A stretch of DNA of 19,659 nucleotides, from positions 1-19,659 of the forward strand of contig NW_021824186.1 in assembly GCF_006345805.1 (NCBI RefSeq), read 5' to 3'. Below, in pieces: positions 1 to 10,686 of the stretch. Position numbers and translations under genes: made by a program. Numbering within the stretch: the stretch's first letter is position 1; every line of letters starts with the position of its first letter. The DNA comes from Octopus sinensis. Taxonomy: Eukaryota. The notes below the pieces were generated by a model. The model had not been told where the DNA came from, did no database searches, and was given only the letters and a program-made list of their open reading frames with translations.

Positions 1-39
1 AAATGTGAGGAAACAGAATTAGTAATAAATTATGTACAA

Positions 40-256
40 ATAGGTTATGTGTGTATGTATGTGTGTATATAGACATACATGCGTAAGCGCAAACATAATA
101 ACATGAATATACATAATATATATGCATACAAGCATATATATATATATAATATATAATATATATGATACATGTACGTGTATGTATAAATATATATGTATAT
201 ATGTATATGTAGATATATATAAATGTATGCATATATATATATGTAAATATATATGC

Positions 257-300
<44 letters not shown>

Positions 301-403
301 AAATATATATACATAGACGAGAAGAAAATGGGGGATAAATAACAAACATGCATCTCTCTCTCTTTCTCTCTCTCTCTCTCTATCTAACTATCTATTAATC
401 TAC

Positions 404-497
<94 letters not shown>

Positions 498-499
498 GC

Positions 500-530
<31 letters not shown>

Positions 531-551
531 CTATCTATCTATTCATCTCTC

Positions 552-585
<34 letters not shown>

Positions 586-615
586 TGTTTCTATCTATCT
601 ATCTATCCATCTCTC

Positions 616-649
<34 letters not shown>

Positions 650-655
650 TGTATG

Positions 656-718
<63 letters not shown>

Positions 719-830
719 GCATCTATCTATATTTCTGTCTGTCTGTCTGTATATATATGTATGCGTATACACAGAAAACACGCGCGCGCATACACACACA
801 GATGTAAAATATGCACACATATATATATGG

Positions 831-868
<38 letters not shown>

Positions 869-985
869 ATATGATATGAATGTATATCAGAAATTAGAAA
901 TACCATAGACAAAAAGTGACGTTTGTAATGCGTGCCTACGTTTGTATGTGAGTGTGTGTGTGTGTGTGTGTTTGTGCGCGCACGT
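40..985. repeat. Compound microsatellite block: TA/TG, (CT)n, (CTAT)n, (GTAT)n, (GT)n
   Basis: Directly visible, e.g. (CTAT)n ~400-495, alternating (GTAT)n/(CTAT)n 505-690, (GT)n 836-865. It accounts for all ORFs called in this interval. Confidence 0.95.
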
Positions 986-1771
986 ATGTGTGTGTGCGTT
1001 TGTACATGCGTGTGTTCGTATGTCTGTGCACACATGACCTTTTGCATATAATCTCTCCTTAGTCTTTATCCTATCTCCCACGCGTTTTATCTCCACTCAT
1101 CATTGTCAACAAGCTTCTCAGTCGCCAATCTTCTCACTTTCCGACTCTCACTGACTTCTCTCTCTCCCCCCCTCTCCTCTCCTCTCTTCCCTGCCCCCCC
1201 CCCACTTTCCCTTTTCTAATGGCATGTGACGTTATACGATACGCAATCATCTCTGCAATGTAATCACAAACAACGTGAAAATACAATACGTTGAAATTCC
1301 GCGAAAGATAACGCCGTGTTATGTGAGTGACAGTGTGAAATAGCGCACACACCGACACACACATACACAAATATATATATATATATATATACACACACGC
1401 ACATTCAATACCATACACACATTCAATACCATACTTAGCCACCTAGCTGCATATATTTACGCATGGTTCAGTGTGGGTGTTGATATTTGTATAGCAATGA
1501 AATTTTTTTCTTTTATTAAAGAAGATGATAAAAAAATCAGATGAATATATACAAAAGTTATTCCGTAAAAATTCCCGAAAAAGCTGTCCTTAAATTCATA
1601 AATTCACTGTTTAGAATCTAAACTTTTTGGGCCAACGTCCGCCTCATGGCCACATGATACCCTCAGCGCCTCTACCCCTATTTTTATGTATAAATAAATA
1701 TTTTATATTTTACTTATTTATATATACTATGAATTATTTGATATTTAATATATTATTATATAATTTGTACA

Positions 1772-2195
1772 GGCCTAGGAGTGTCTGTGTGGTAAGTAGG
1801 CTTGCTTACGAACCACGTAGTTCCGGGTTCAGTCCCACTGCGTGCTACCTTGGGCAAGTGTCTTCTAATTTAGCCTCGAGCATACCAAAGCCTTGTGAGT
1901 GGATTTGGTAGGCGGAAACTGAAAGAAGCCCGTCGTATATATGTATATGTATATATATATGTATGTGTGTATACGTTTGTGTGTCTGTGTTTGCCCCACC
2001 CCCCAGCATTGCTTGACAATGGGTGCTGGTGTGTTTACGTCCCCGTAACTTAGCGGTTCTGCAAAAGAGACCGATAAAATAAGTACTAGGCTTACAAAGA
2101 ATAAGTCCTGGGGTCGATGTGCTCGACTAAAGGCGGTGCTCCAGCATGCCCTCAGTCAAATGAGTGAAACAAGTAAAAGAGAATAGAAGAGAATA
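1772..2195 (+). mobile_element. Near full-length tRNA-derived SINE (family A in this window)
   Basis: A-box-like tgtgtggtaag (~1787), B-box ggttcagtccc (1826-1836), CORE-like ttgggcaagtgtcttcta, internal TA/TG microsatellite, 3' part ggggtcgatgtgctcgactaaaggcggtgctccagcatg and an A-rich gagaata tail. Homologous copies at 4395-4578 (+), 16983-17150 (-) and 18475-18826 (-). Confidence 0.9.
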
Positions 2196-2574
2196 CAATA
2201 CTATAATACTATAATAAATTCATAGCGTCCCCGAATTCACTGCTTACCTCCCAACGCCTCCTTATTCTCTACCCTACCCACCCCTCGCCCCCTTATGCAC
2301 CACCGCCCAACTGGACTGTCTCAACGCCGACTGGGGGGCGGCAGCGCTCATTTTGAGATTTCTTTTAGATGAATTCTTTTAATTTCATCATATAGATAAA
2401 TTCTTTAATCCTTTTATACTTTGATGCCTTTCAATCCAAAGGCTGTAAACATATTGGGTCTCCACCAGTATTATCTCTTTTACAATGGCCATTCTTATGT
2501 GGTTGACTTTTGGTGAATGAAACAGTTGAATACTGCTGCCCTCTTTTGAGATTCTCGCCATGAACTTCACAGCA

Positions 2575-2905
2575 GAAGGTCAATATGTTTTCTTGAAAAC
2601 ATCTCTCGTTCCATGTAGGTCTCTCAGATTTTTTGACCAGATGTTTAGCTGTGCGCTTTTGAATTCCAAGCTATAGCAGTACCTGGTCCTCTCTTTAGAA
2701 GAAGTGGTGTAGGATATTTGGAACAGGGCAGTGCACGTTGTGACCTGGGATACTTCTCGATACCAGAGTTTGTTACAGACACCTCTAGCATTTTCCGTAT
2801 GTATATCACCGTATATTTCGCCCGTCTTCGCTGCAGGAAGTAGAGCCGTACCTTTTTCAGTCTCTCCTAATAGCTCAGTTGTCCCATTGGTGAATACCTA
2901 CATTG
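2575..2905 (-). mobile_element. Degenerate CR1/L2-like LINE, 3' end of ORF2
   Basis: Hand translation of the minus strand gives MGQLSY*ERLKKVRLYFLQRRRAKYTVIYIRKMLE, then after a frameshift RTRYCYSLEFKSAQLNIWSKNLRDLHG..DVFKK. This matches the LSYxERLxxLxLxSLxRRR...LFNxLPxxLRD...FKxxLD C-terminal pattern of CR1-group ORF2, with stops and frameshifts. Confidence 0.75.
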
Positions 2906-3619
2906 AAATGACTGTATGGTGCAGCCCAAAGACACCTTGATGGTTGTGCCTTCGACCTCTCTTCGGGGCAGATTAGGGCCCTGAGTTGTCTCCCAACTAG
3001 ACTTACGTTCGTGGTTGACTCCCTTAGTTATAACTCCTTCACAGGCACACACAATGGGAATTTACGCTCAAGATCGTCCTTCTTATCTACCTGCTTTCTA
3101 AGGCTGATGAACCAACACTAGTTATGCCACCGGTGTAGTTGTGGTTTCTCTTAGAAACCTGAATTAAGAATAGCTAAAGAGTACCACACAGCTAGTGGTG
3201 TTACCCCACGTTAAACACTAATCTAGAATTTCAAAGTCTCTACTCTTAACTTTGATTATAGATGAACCTGTCTTTGTCCCGTTCGACCTTTTCACATTTT
3301 GACAAGATATTATTTTTGTCTCAACAACGTCTTTCCACTGCCAGGTTTTTGTGGTGGTTGTGATGATCGGCTGGGTTAGGCGTTAATGATACGACTATCA
3401 GACGGCGTGTACGGAGCTACATGAATATATATATATATGTGTGTGTGTGTATGTGTTTGTGCAAGCAAATACTTTGTAATAGAAAGTGTAAACAGAGTCA
3501 GAAAGAAAAAACAATAAAGAGGAAATAAGTGGAAGGTTGCTAGCACCTGCTGAAAATAGCAATAATTCAGATTCTATCGTTTTTAAATAATATAGTTAGT
3601 ACTTGTACAAAAGTATTCC

Positions 3620-3837
3620 GATATATGCAATAAGCGAAAAGATCTTACACATACGAACACACACACAGACACACACACAAACACACACAAACACACACAC
3701 ACACACACAGACTTTACATACCAAACGTTTCTTGGAACTGGCAACAGGATGGGAAAATGTCAGATGTGGATTAACTCAGTTTATAAAAAAAGAAGACTGA
3801 CAGTTACTTCGAAGATTCGACCACGTAGATTTCATGT

Positions 3838-3900
<63 letters not shown>
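3620..3900. repeat. (CA)n-like tract and long (GT)n tract
   Basis: acac repeats ~3655-3710 and (GT)n 3848-3900. Confidence 0.9.
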
Positions 3901-3902
<2 letters not shown>

Positions 3903-4184
3903 GTGAGTGCAAAGTCCTCGTTGAATGCATGTGAAATATGGGGGCGAGGTCAGTTGGAAAAATAATGTTTGTCATCGCCACCAATACAGGAAATAAGTAA
4001 AAGAAGTGGGTATTTTAGGAAAATATACTCACTATTGATGCTCGGAAAGGGACCCCCCCACCACCAGAGTAGCGAATTGTGGAGGTGGTGGTGGTGGTGA
4101 AGGTGGGGATATTGGTTTGCAATGTTTGCGGTTGTGGGCGGTTATCAAAAGCTACGTTCATTAGTCACCAGCAGAGTTACAGTA

Positions 4185-4192
4185 GCCATCAC

Positions 4193-4225
<33 letters not shown>

Positions 4226-4335
4226 ATTTCTTACACACACATTCGCGTACGCACACAAACATACGTGCACATACACACACACACATACACATATGTATAT
4301 ATAAATACACACGTGTGTGCGTGTGTATGTGCCTA

Positions 4336-4372
<37 letters not shown>
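4185..4372. repeat. (CAT)n, (CA)n and (GT)n microsatellites
   Basis: Directly visible; source of the poly-His/Met/Asp ORFs. Confidence 0.9.
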
Positions 4373-4374
<2 letters not shown>

Positions 4375-4394
4375 TTCTTAATCTCCACTCTACC

Positions 4395-4578
4395 GCGCTT
4401 GACAATTGGTGTTAGTAGCTGTCTCTGTGACAAAAGAAATCGGCAAAAGAAATCGATTGAATGAGTACCAGATTTATTTTTTAAAAGAATGAAAGAAGCA
4501 TAAGTAATGGAGTCGATTTGGTCGACTAAATCCATTTAAGTCGGTGCTCCAGTATGGCTGCAGCCAAATCACGAAAAC
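4395..4578 (+). mobile_element. Degenerate 3' half of a family A SINE
   Basis: gcttgacaattggtgttag...gagtacca...ggagtcgatttggtcgactaaa...ggtgctccagtatggctgcag aligns with 2010-2160. Confidence 0.75.
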
Positions 4579-5104
4579 CAATATGAGATGTGGATATAAA
4601 TGTGAATACGATGATGAACTGACACGTTTTCACATTTGATCAGCTGCTGTATGCAGATTGGTGTTTACTCACAACAAAATACACATACACATATATAAAA
4701 ATTCTACGATTATAAACATAATTGTAATTAGGGTTCAGCAACATTGCTTAACCACATACCGAAATTTAGAAATAGCAGTTAAATACTATCCCACTACCAT
4801 AAGATATCTCCCAGATAGCAATACTCTCAACTCACGCAGGCAAAGAGAAAAAATAACGAATTCAATCGACTTTGATTAACTATATACGCGTTTCTGGGTA
4901 AAAGAGATCTAAAATCAAACTTTTACTCACTTATTCCTGTCGTCAGTATAGTATTTCAATTTTAAATTTGAGAATACTGATAATTACATATGTATTCGAC
5001 CAAAGCGCCATCGAACAACTTATATCGAAAGACCAGTACTTCTGAATTCAAACAGACGAATGAAACCTCGCATTCTCCCCCAATCACCCACATATGTATA
5101 TTAT

Positions 5105-5171
5105 GCATCTATTCTCGTTTATCACTGAAGGCTGGTCCGACAAAACATCACAGTGATAAATGAATCAATGC
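5105..5171 (+). ncRNA. Pre-miRNA-like stem-loop (candidate)
   Basis: tttatcactg (5118-5127) pairs perfectly with cagtgataaa (5151-5160), with outer pairs attc/gaat and gcat/atgc. The 3' arm begins catcacag at 5146. Confidence 0.25.
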
Positions 5172-5627
5172 TAAATGAATGATCAGGTATTTTGTAAATG
5201 GAGCGAATCGTAGGTAGATTCATGGACACCAAACGCGCAGCCCTACATCTGCGAAGCCTCCACCTTTTACATATTTTCTTGGCCATCTCTGCCTTTTCCC
5301 GTTGTCAGTATACATGTCTCGCGTTGTTTGTTAGACTCAGGCGCCTTCACATATTGATGGGTACGAGTCCGTAAACCCGTACAAAAAAAATTAACGCAAA
5401 CAATAACCAGTATAATCTGGGTGACCAGGCATTGTGAAAGGTCACTGATGTACATTTTTCGGGCTCATTCAGAAACTTTGGCCAAACGCTGACCTGTGTT
5501 TATCAAAAAAATCCGCGATAAGCGCAATATGGTTCACAATTGAACGTTCCTTATTATACAGTGCAGTGTTGAATAAATTACTAATAAATGAGCCCCATGT
5601 AAACTATTTATGGATGTATGCTGTTAA

Positions 5628-6321
5628 TCAGTTTTATTTCAAAATTTCTTGCCAATAGGGAAAGAGCCGGTTTCTAACCTGTATGTGTGTATATATGTAT
5701 GTGTGTATATATATATGTATGTGTGTATGTATGTATGTATATATGTATGTGTGTATGTATATATGTATGTATGTATGTACGTACGTACGCACGTATGTAT
5801 GTATGTCATTTCCGAGTTTTATTTTTAAGATTTCTTTCCAATAGAGAAAGAATCGGTTTATAACCTAGATCCGAAGCTTTCATTTGAATTTCAACATCAA
5901 CAACAGGGTATTTTTGTATGTATGTATGTATGTATGTATGTATGTATGTATGTATGTATGTATGTATGTATGTATACGTGCAGATTTGAGTTTTGTTTTA
6001 TGTATATCTTCTCATGCGTGTATTTATTTGCATGTCTAGACATTCTCATATATACTTAAATGATAAACTTGTAAGTTTTACAGATGTTTAGTTTTAGTGA
6101 TAGATTGCATCTGTAGTCTTCGAATCAGCTTTCTTCTTTCTGGTTCTGAGAAGCCTAATTTCTCAAGATTGTTATTTAGGCAGTGTATTACATTATTCAG
6201 TTTTATTTCAAGACTTTTTGCCAATAGAGAAAGAAGCGGTTTCTAACCTAGATCCAAGACCCTTTCATTAGGATTTCAACATCAACCACAGGATATTTTT
6301 GTATGTATGTATGTATGTATG

Positions 6322-6350
<29 letters not shown>
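5628..6350 (-). mobile_element. Head-to-tail cluster of 5'-truncated RLE-type (R4/NeSL-like) LINE 3' ends separated by (CATA)n
   Basis: Minus 6197-6056 translates as IHCLNNNLEKLGFSEPERRKLIRRLQMQSIT/(frameshift)ICKTYKFII*, resembling the C-terminus after an RLE domain. UTR and (CATA)n follow. A terminal module occurs three times (6191-6300, 5806-5916, partial 5628-5680). Confidence 0.7.
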
Positions 6351-6352
<2 letters not shown>

Positions 6353-6425
6353 GGATGTATGGATGGATGGATGGATGGATGGATGGATGGATGGGTGGAT
6401 GGATAGATGGATGTACGTATGTATG
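6300..6425. repeat. (GTAT)n followed by (GGAT)n
   Basis: Directly visible. Confidence 0.95.
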
Positions 6426-6734
6426 TAATAATGAATGGATGGTTGTTTGTACGTATGTACGGTCTCTCTATTTTCGGTCATGTGAAGACATCCTGCATGG
6501 ATGGAGGTCGTACCTGACAAAATGAATCACTGGAATGTTGGTAACTTGAGAAAAGTCTTGAATATTTTTACTCTTCCTCTTACTGTTAGTATTTGTAATG
6601 TGCGTTTGCCGATTGAGGCGAAAATCTCAGGGTTCCTTATTACCTAAGATTTTTCGTGCTAGATCCTACTGTCTACTTCTTCTGCAATGGATGAGGGGGG
6701 CGAATCGTAATTTGGTCCTGTCTAGTCTTTATCT

Positions 6735-7615
6735 CTCTCTCTCTCTCTGTCACACATTCACACACACATACTCACTCATACACATGCACACAGAACAAAG
6801 ATACACATACACACCTGTACACACACACACACACACACTATTTCTTACTATCTCTCCCTCTTTTTCTCTCTTTCCCCCTCTCTCTCTACATATACACACA
6901 ACATATGCACACATATAAATACATACGCACATACACACACATACATATGTACACATTGACATTGCATATATACATAAATTCACGCATATACAAAGATGTG
7001 TGAGTGTGTGTGTATGTGTTAGTACATTCACTCATTCAGAAGAATGGGACTAATGGTATGTGAGATATAAATCACTGTGTAAGTGCACGCACACACACAT
7101 ACACATACACATACACATAGACACATATACACAGATATGCATACACACACATACACACAAACATACACATACAGCTATACATAGATAGGTACACACACTC
7201 ACACGCTGACACACACAGACAAATATACACAGATATGCATAGATAGGTACACACACACAATCACACACTTGCACACACATAGACACATACACACAGATAT
7301 GCATACACACACATACAAGTATGTATAGACAGGTACACACACTCACGCTGACACACACATAAACACATATATACAGAAATGCATAGATAGGTACACACAC
7401 ACAATCACACACTTACACACACACAGATATGCACACACACACACATATATACACACATACAGACACACACATACAAGTATACACATAGACACACATATAT
7501 ACAGATACACACACACACACACACAGATATGCAGACACACACATATACACACATACAGACACACTCATACAAGTATACACATAGACACATATATACAGAT
7601 ATACACACACACATT
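6735..7615. repeat. CA-rich microsatellite-derived minisatellite with higher-order units
   Basis: aggtacacacactcac at ~7188 and ~7331 (~143 bp period); cagatatgca...catacaagtatacacatagacac at ~7424 and ~7524 (~100 bp period). Confidence 0.85.
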
Positions 7616-7863
7616 TTGTATGCATTGCATGGTTGTACCAGAATACGAAACAACGTATGTAACGCAAACGTTATCTCTGCTTTGTGTGTAAATGTCACAA
7701 GCAATTAACACTCTACACAGTTCTAAATATGCGTGTGTGTATTTCAACGTTTCTTATCACTACTTAAACTGACATAATCTACATTCGAACCCCTCTCGCT
7801 CCCACCCACTCTTTTTTTTTTGTGCATTTCTTAAACACTCCTATTATCTTCTTGATTTTCTTT

Positions 7864-7864
<1 letters not shown>

Positions 7865-7919
<55 letters not shown>

Positions 7920-8600
7920 TTTCCAGTCTTTGTCGGTTTCATCGTCTTCTCTTCTATTTTGATTTTTCCATTTAACATCTTTATCTACTTATAGTAAAAT
8001 ATTTCATCATTCTCTTTCCATCCATTTCCTCCTCCTTCTCCTCCTCTTCTTCCTCCTCCTCCTTCCCTGTGTCTCTGTCTGCGTGTGAGCCCGTGCGTGT
8101 ATACTCGTACCTAAATAGGCACAGAGCTACGTATATATACGTAAAAAGTATACATGCGCCTATTACACACAAACACACACAAACACACACAAACAACACA
8201 CAAACACGCACATATATATGTATATGTGAATGTATATCTATAAGTATATGTAGATATATACACATATGTGTGTGTGTACATTTACAGATGTACTTATATA
8301 TTTACAATTATTCATATGCAAATACATTTATGCATACACACACATATACATGTGCGTATATATATATTATATATATATATATTATATATATATATATGTG
8401 TGTATATATATATATGTTTATATCTATATATGTATATATATTATGTTATATATATATGCATCTATATATATATATGATATATATATGTATATGTATTATA
8501 TTATATATATATATATAATCTATATCATATATAATATATATATGTATATGTATATGTATGTATATATATATTATATATATTATATATATATATATTAATT
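7865..8600. repeat. (GT)n, CT/CCT-rich tract and long imperfect TA-rich tract
   Basis: Directly visible. Confidence 0.9.
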
Positions 8601-8691
8601 TCAACAATTGAGGCAAAATTAATTAATATTATTAATTTCACCTAGTTGTTCAGTATGCAAGGGACCATCAGGCGAATTCAAATTATTACAT

Positions 8692-8778
8692 TATATAAAG
8701 GGCTTAGTAAAATAAATTACTTGCCGCATACTGATTCAGTATGCGGCAAAGTAATTTATTTTATAAGCCCTTTATATA
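8692..8778. repeat. Near-perfect palindrome, 43-bp arms with a 1-nt loop
   Basis: tatataaagggcttagtaaaataaattacttgccgcatactga-t-tcagtatgcggcaaagtaatttattttataagccctttatata; only two 1-nt indels between the arms. Confidence 0.9.
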
Positions 8779-9151
8779 TGTATATATATATATATATAAT
8801 ACATAAGCGCACACAAATGCATACAGATACGTTCGTTTTTGTGTGTGCATAAGTATTCATATTTATCTACGTTCACGCACCCTTTTTTAAAATAAAATTG
8901 TTTATATTTATTGCTCATTCATTTAACTTTCATTTCTATGTTATTTGTATTTTCGTCTGCCAGCAAAAAAAAAATAATAATAATTCGGAGACGTTCCACA
9001 ATATTTGAAGGCACCTAAGCATAATTACACATGCGCTCATACTTACAAATTTAACCTCCATATATATCTACAGATATTTTCACTGTTTTCTGTATTGTTT
9101 CATAGATAAACGACTGACAAAGGAAGTTGATTTTAACCCTAGGCGTCAAAT

Positions 9152-9205
9152 GCCGCTGATGAGAATTAAGGTGGTCTACACCAAAATTCGAAATCGCAAT
9201 ACGGC
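9152..9205 (+). ncRNA. Type I hammerhead ribozyme motif, family 1
   Basis: Stem I gccg/cggc; CUGAUGA 9156-9162; stem II gaatt/aattc plus ggtg/cacc; GAAA 9190-9193; stem III A-U, U-A with loop cgca; cleavage triplet AUA (cut after 9201). Enclosed by ccctag/ctaggg and a 12-bp gactgacaaagg/cctttgtcagtc stem. Confidence 0.75.
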
Positions 9206-9589
9206 TATATGCGCTAGGGACCTACCTCCCTTTGTCAGTCATTATGTATAATGCTTTAATGGCTTTGTAGTTAATTTAACTCTTATTTTAGCATAAGCAG
9301 TGCAAGTTAGAAAACTCAATAATTTTCGAGACCTCAATTAATTTTACGTTAAGATTCTAATTGCTAATAAGCAACCCTTTTAATTTGTATGTTCATACAT
9401 AGATATGTGTGTTTGCGCGCGTCTGGTATTCACGTTGTGCCCTTGTTTGTATAGGTGTATGTGTGTATGTGTGATCGTGCGCATACACACACACATACAC
9501 ATAAACACGCACACACATAAATATATACATAAATATATTTGTTGATGGAAGCTACATTTATGTTGAGTTAGTCATTGCTGCTTTTCTCA

Positions 9590-9719
9590 TTTGTATAATT
9601 TTCTTTTTATGCATCTGAAGATTGCTCTACTTTTTAAATTGATGTAATGTTTGCATTGTTCAATTAAATGGAGTCGCATGAAACGATCGTACTGCATTAC
9701 CTCTGGATATTCTTGTTGC

Positions 9720-9727
<8 letters not shown>
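9590..9727 (+). mobile_element. Short repeat abutting (TA)n and carrying a hammerhead (family 2, copy 1); Penelope pLTR-like or retrozyme-like
   Basis: About 90% identical by eye to 16506-16645 on the minus strand; both copies end directly in a long (TA)n. Confidence 0.7.
9609..9697 (+). ncRNA. Type I hammerhead ribozyme motif with long stem II, family 2
   Basis: atgca/tgcat stem I (one mismatch next to the core), CUGAAGA 9615-9621, ~58-nt stem II hairpin (tgc/gca, aattga/tcaatt, taatg/cattg), GAAA 9680-9683, palindromic stem III acgatcgt, triplet GUA. Confidence 0.7.
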
Positions 9728-9769
<42 letters not shown>

Positions 9770-9806
9770 TATATATAGATATATATATATATATATATAT
9801 ATATAC
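9722..9806. repeat. (TA)n
   Basis: Directly visible. Confidence 0.95.
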
Positions 9807-10054
9807 ATTGGAAACAGATATACACTTAGGTATAATTAATGTGTCGCTTACATGAATGTTAGTTCACCTAAGCGCGATATTTATTTACCGATAGTACGCA
9901 AAGGTACATCAACATGTTTCTACTTTGAAGTAGTGAAATAAATCACTTGAAAAATCTTCCTGCAAGAAAATATGAAGCATTCACCACTCGTTACTTCATA
10001 GGGTTCCTACACCTTTCGGTGATTATTCTCGTTGACAACCGCTCATTTAGTCCT

Positions 10055-10145
10055 TCACCAACACCAACACCAGTGCCACCACCACCACCACCACCACCAT
10101 CACCACCACCATCACCATCTCCATCCTCCTCCTCCTCCTTATCAC

Positions 10146-10181
<36 letters not shown>

Positions 10182-10232
10182 TGTTGTCGTCGTCGTCGTC
10201 CCCTCCTCCTCCTCCTCCGCCTCATCGTCATC
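10055..10232. repeat. Compound trinucleotide tract (CAC/CAT/CCT/GTC)
   Basis: Directly visible; source of the poly-Pro/Ser and poly-His ORFs. Confidence 0.9.
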
Positions 10233-10544
10233 CTCAAAATCAAATTAACCCGATTTCCGTGGCTTATGACTAACGAGGATCACGAGGCCACGCCAACGAA
10301 CACGATGCTACCCGTCGCAGGATTACCCATATACAGGTGAGTGCGCTGGAACAATGTGCAACGAAGGGATTTGTTCCGAAGCACAACATACTGCAACCAT
10401 GAATATAATACCCTAAACACTGGGCGTCGCGCATTCACTTCATTATCCGCTGTTGATCTCATGATTGGTTGGTACTGGAGAATCGATTACTGACGGGAAT
10501 GACAATGAAGCAGCTATGTTATGTATCCCGGTGAGAAAAATTAC

Positions 10545-10645
10545 AAGGCGGGCGAAGTGGCCGAATCGCTGGCGTTTTGGGTTAAATGCTTAGTGGTATT
10601 TCTTCCAAATATTTACGTTCAGAGTTCAATTACCGAAGTCAGCCA
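10545..10645 (+). mobile_element. Old degenerate SINE head (family B)
   Basis: aaggcgggcgaagtggccgaatcg...aaatgcttagtggtattt...tacgttcagagttcaatt aligns with the head of the SINE at 11234. Confidence 0.65.
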
Positions 10646-10686
10646 TACTTCGAAAGTACAAGTATCAATTGTAGATTTCTTTGATG

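Noticed and set aside
19-1047. Many 60-130 aa ORFs on both strands, and similar ORFs throughout the window
   Set aside because: They are translations of TA/CA/GTAT/TAA microsatellites (YI, HT, VC, poly-I, poly-L) with no domain content.
1772-1850. tRNA gene calls from A/B boxes here and at 11234
   Set aside because: The boxes are heads of SINEs that continue into core and tail domains; no cloverleaf.
3104-3180. CUGAUGA followed by a stem as another hammerhead
   Set aside because: No GAAA follows the stem and no stem I or III partner can be found.
6450-6730. Possible minus-strand exon (cattttgtcag acceptor) and miR-1/miR-133 seed matches (tggaatgt, tttggtcc)
   Set aside because: Candidate frames stop quickly or run into microsatellite; the seed matches lack the rest of the mature sequence and a hairpin.
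8610-8680. Minus-strand ctgatgg...gaaattaata as a hammerhead
   Set aside because: A9 is absent, stem II is poor and stem I cannot form.
10032-10340. Poly-His ORF as a real N-terminal exon
   Set aside because: Mostly compound trinucleotide repeat; only the 3' end with its donor site was kept as a candidate.
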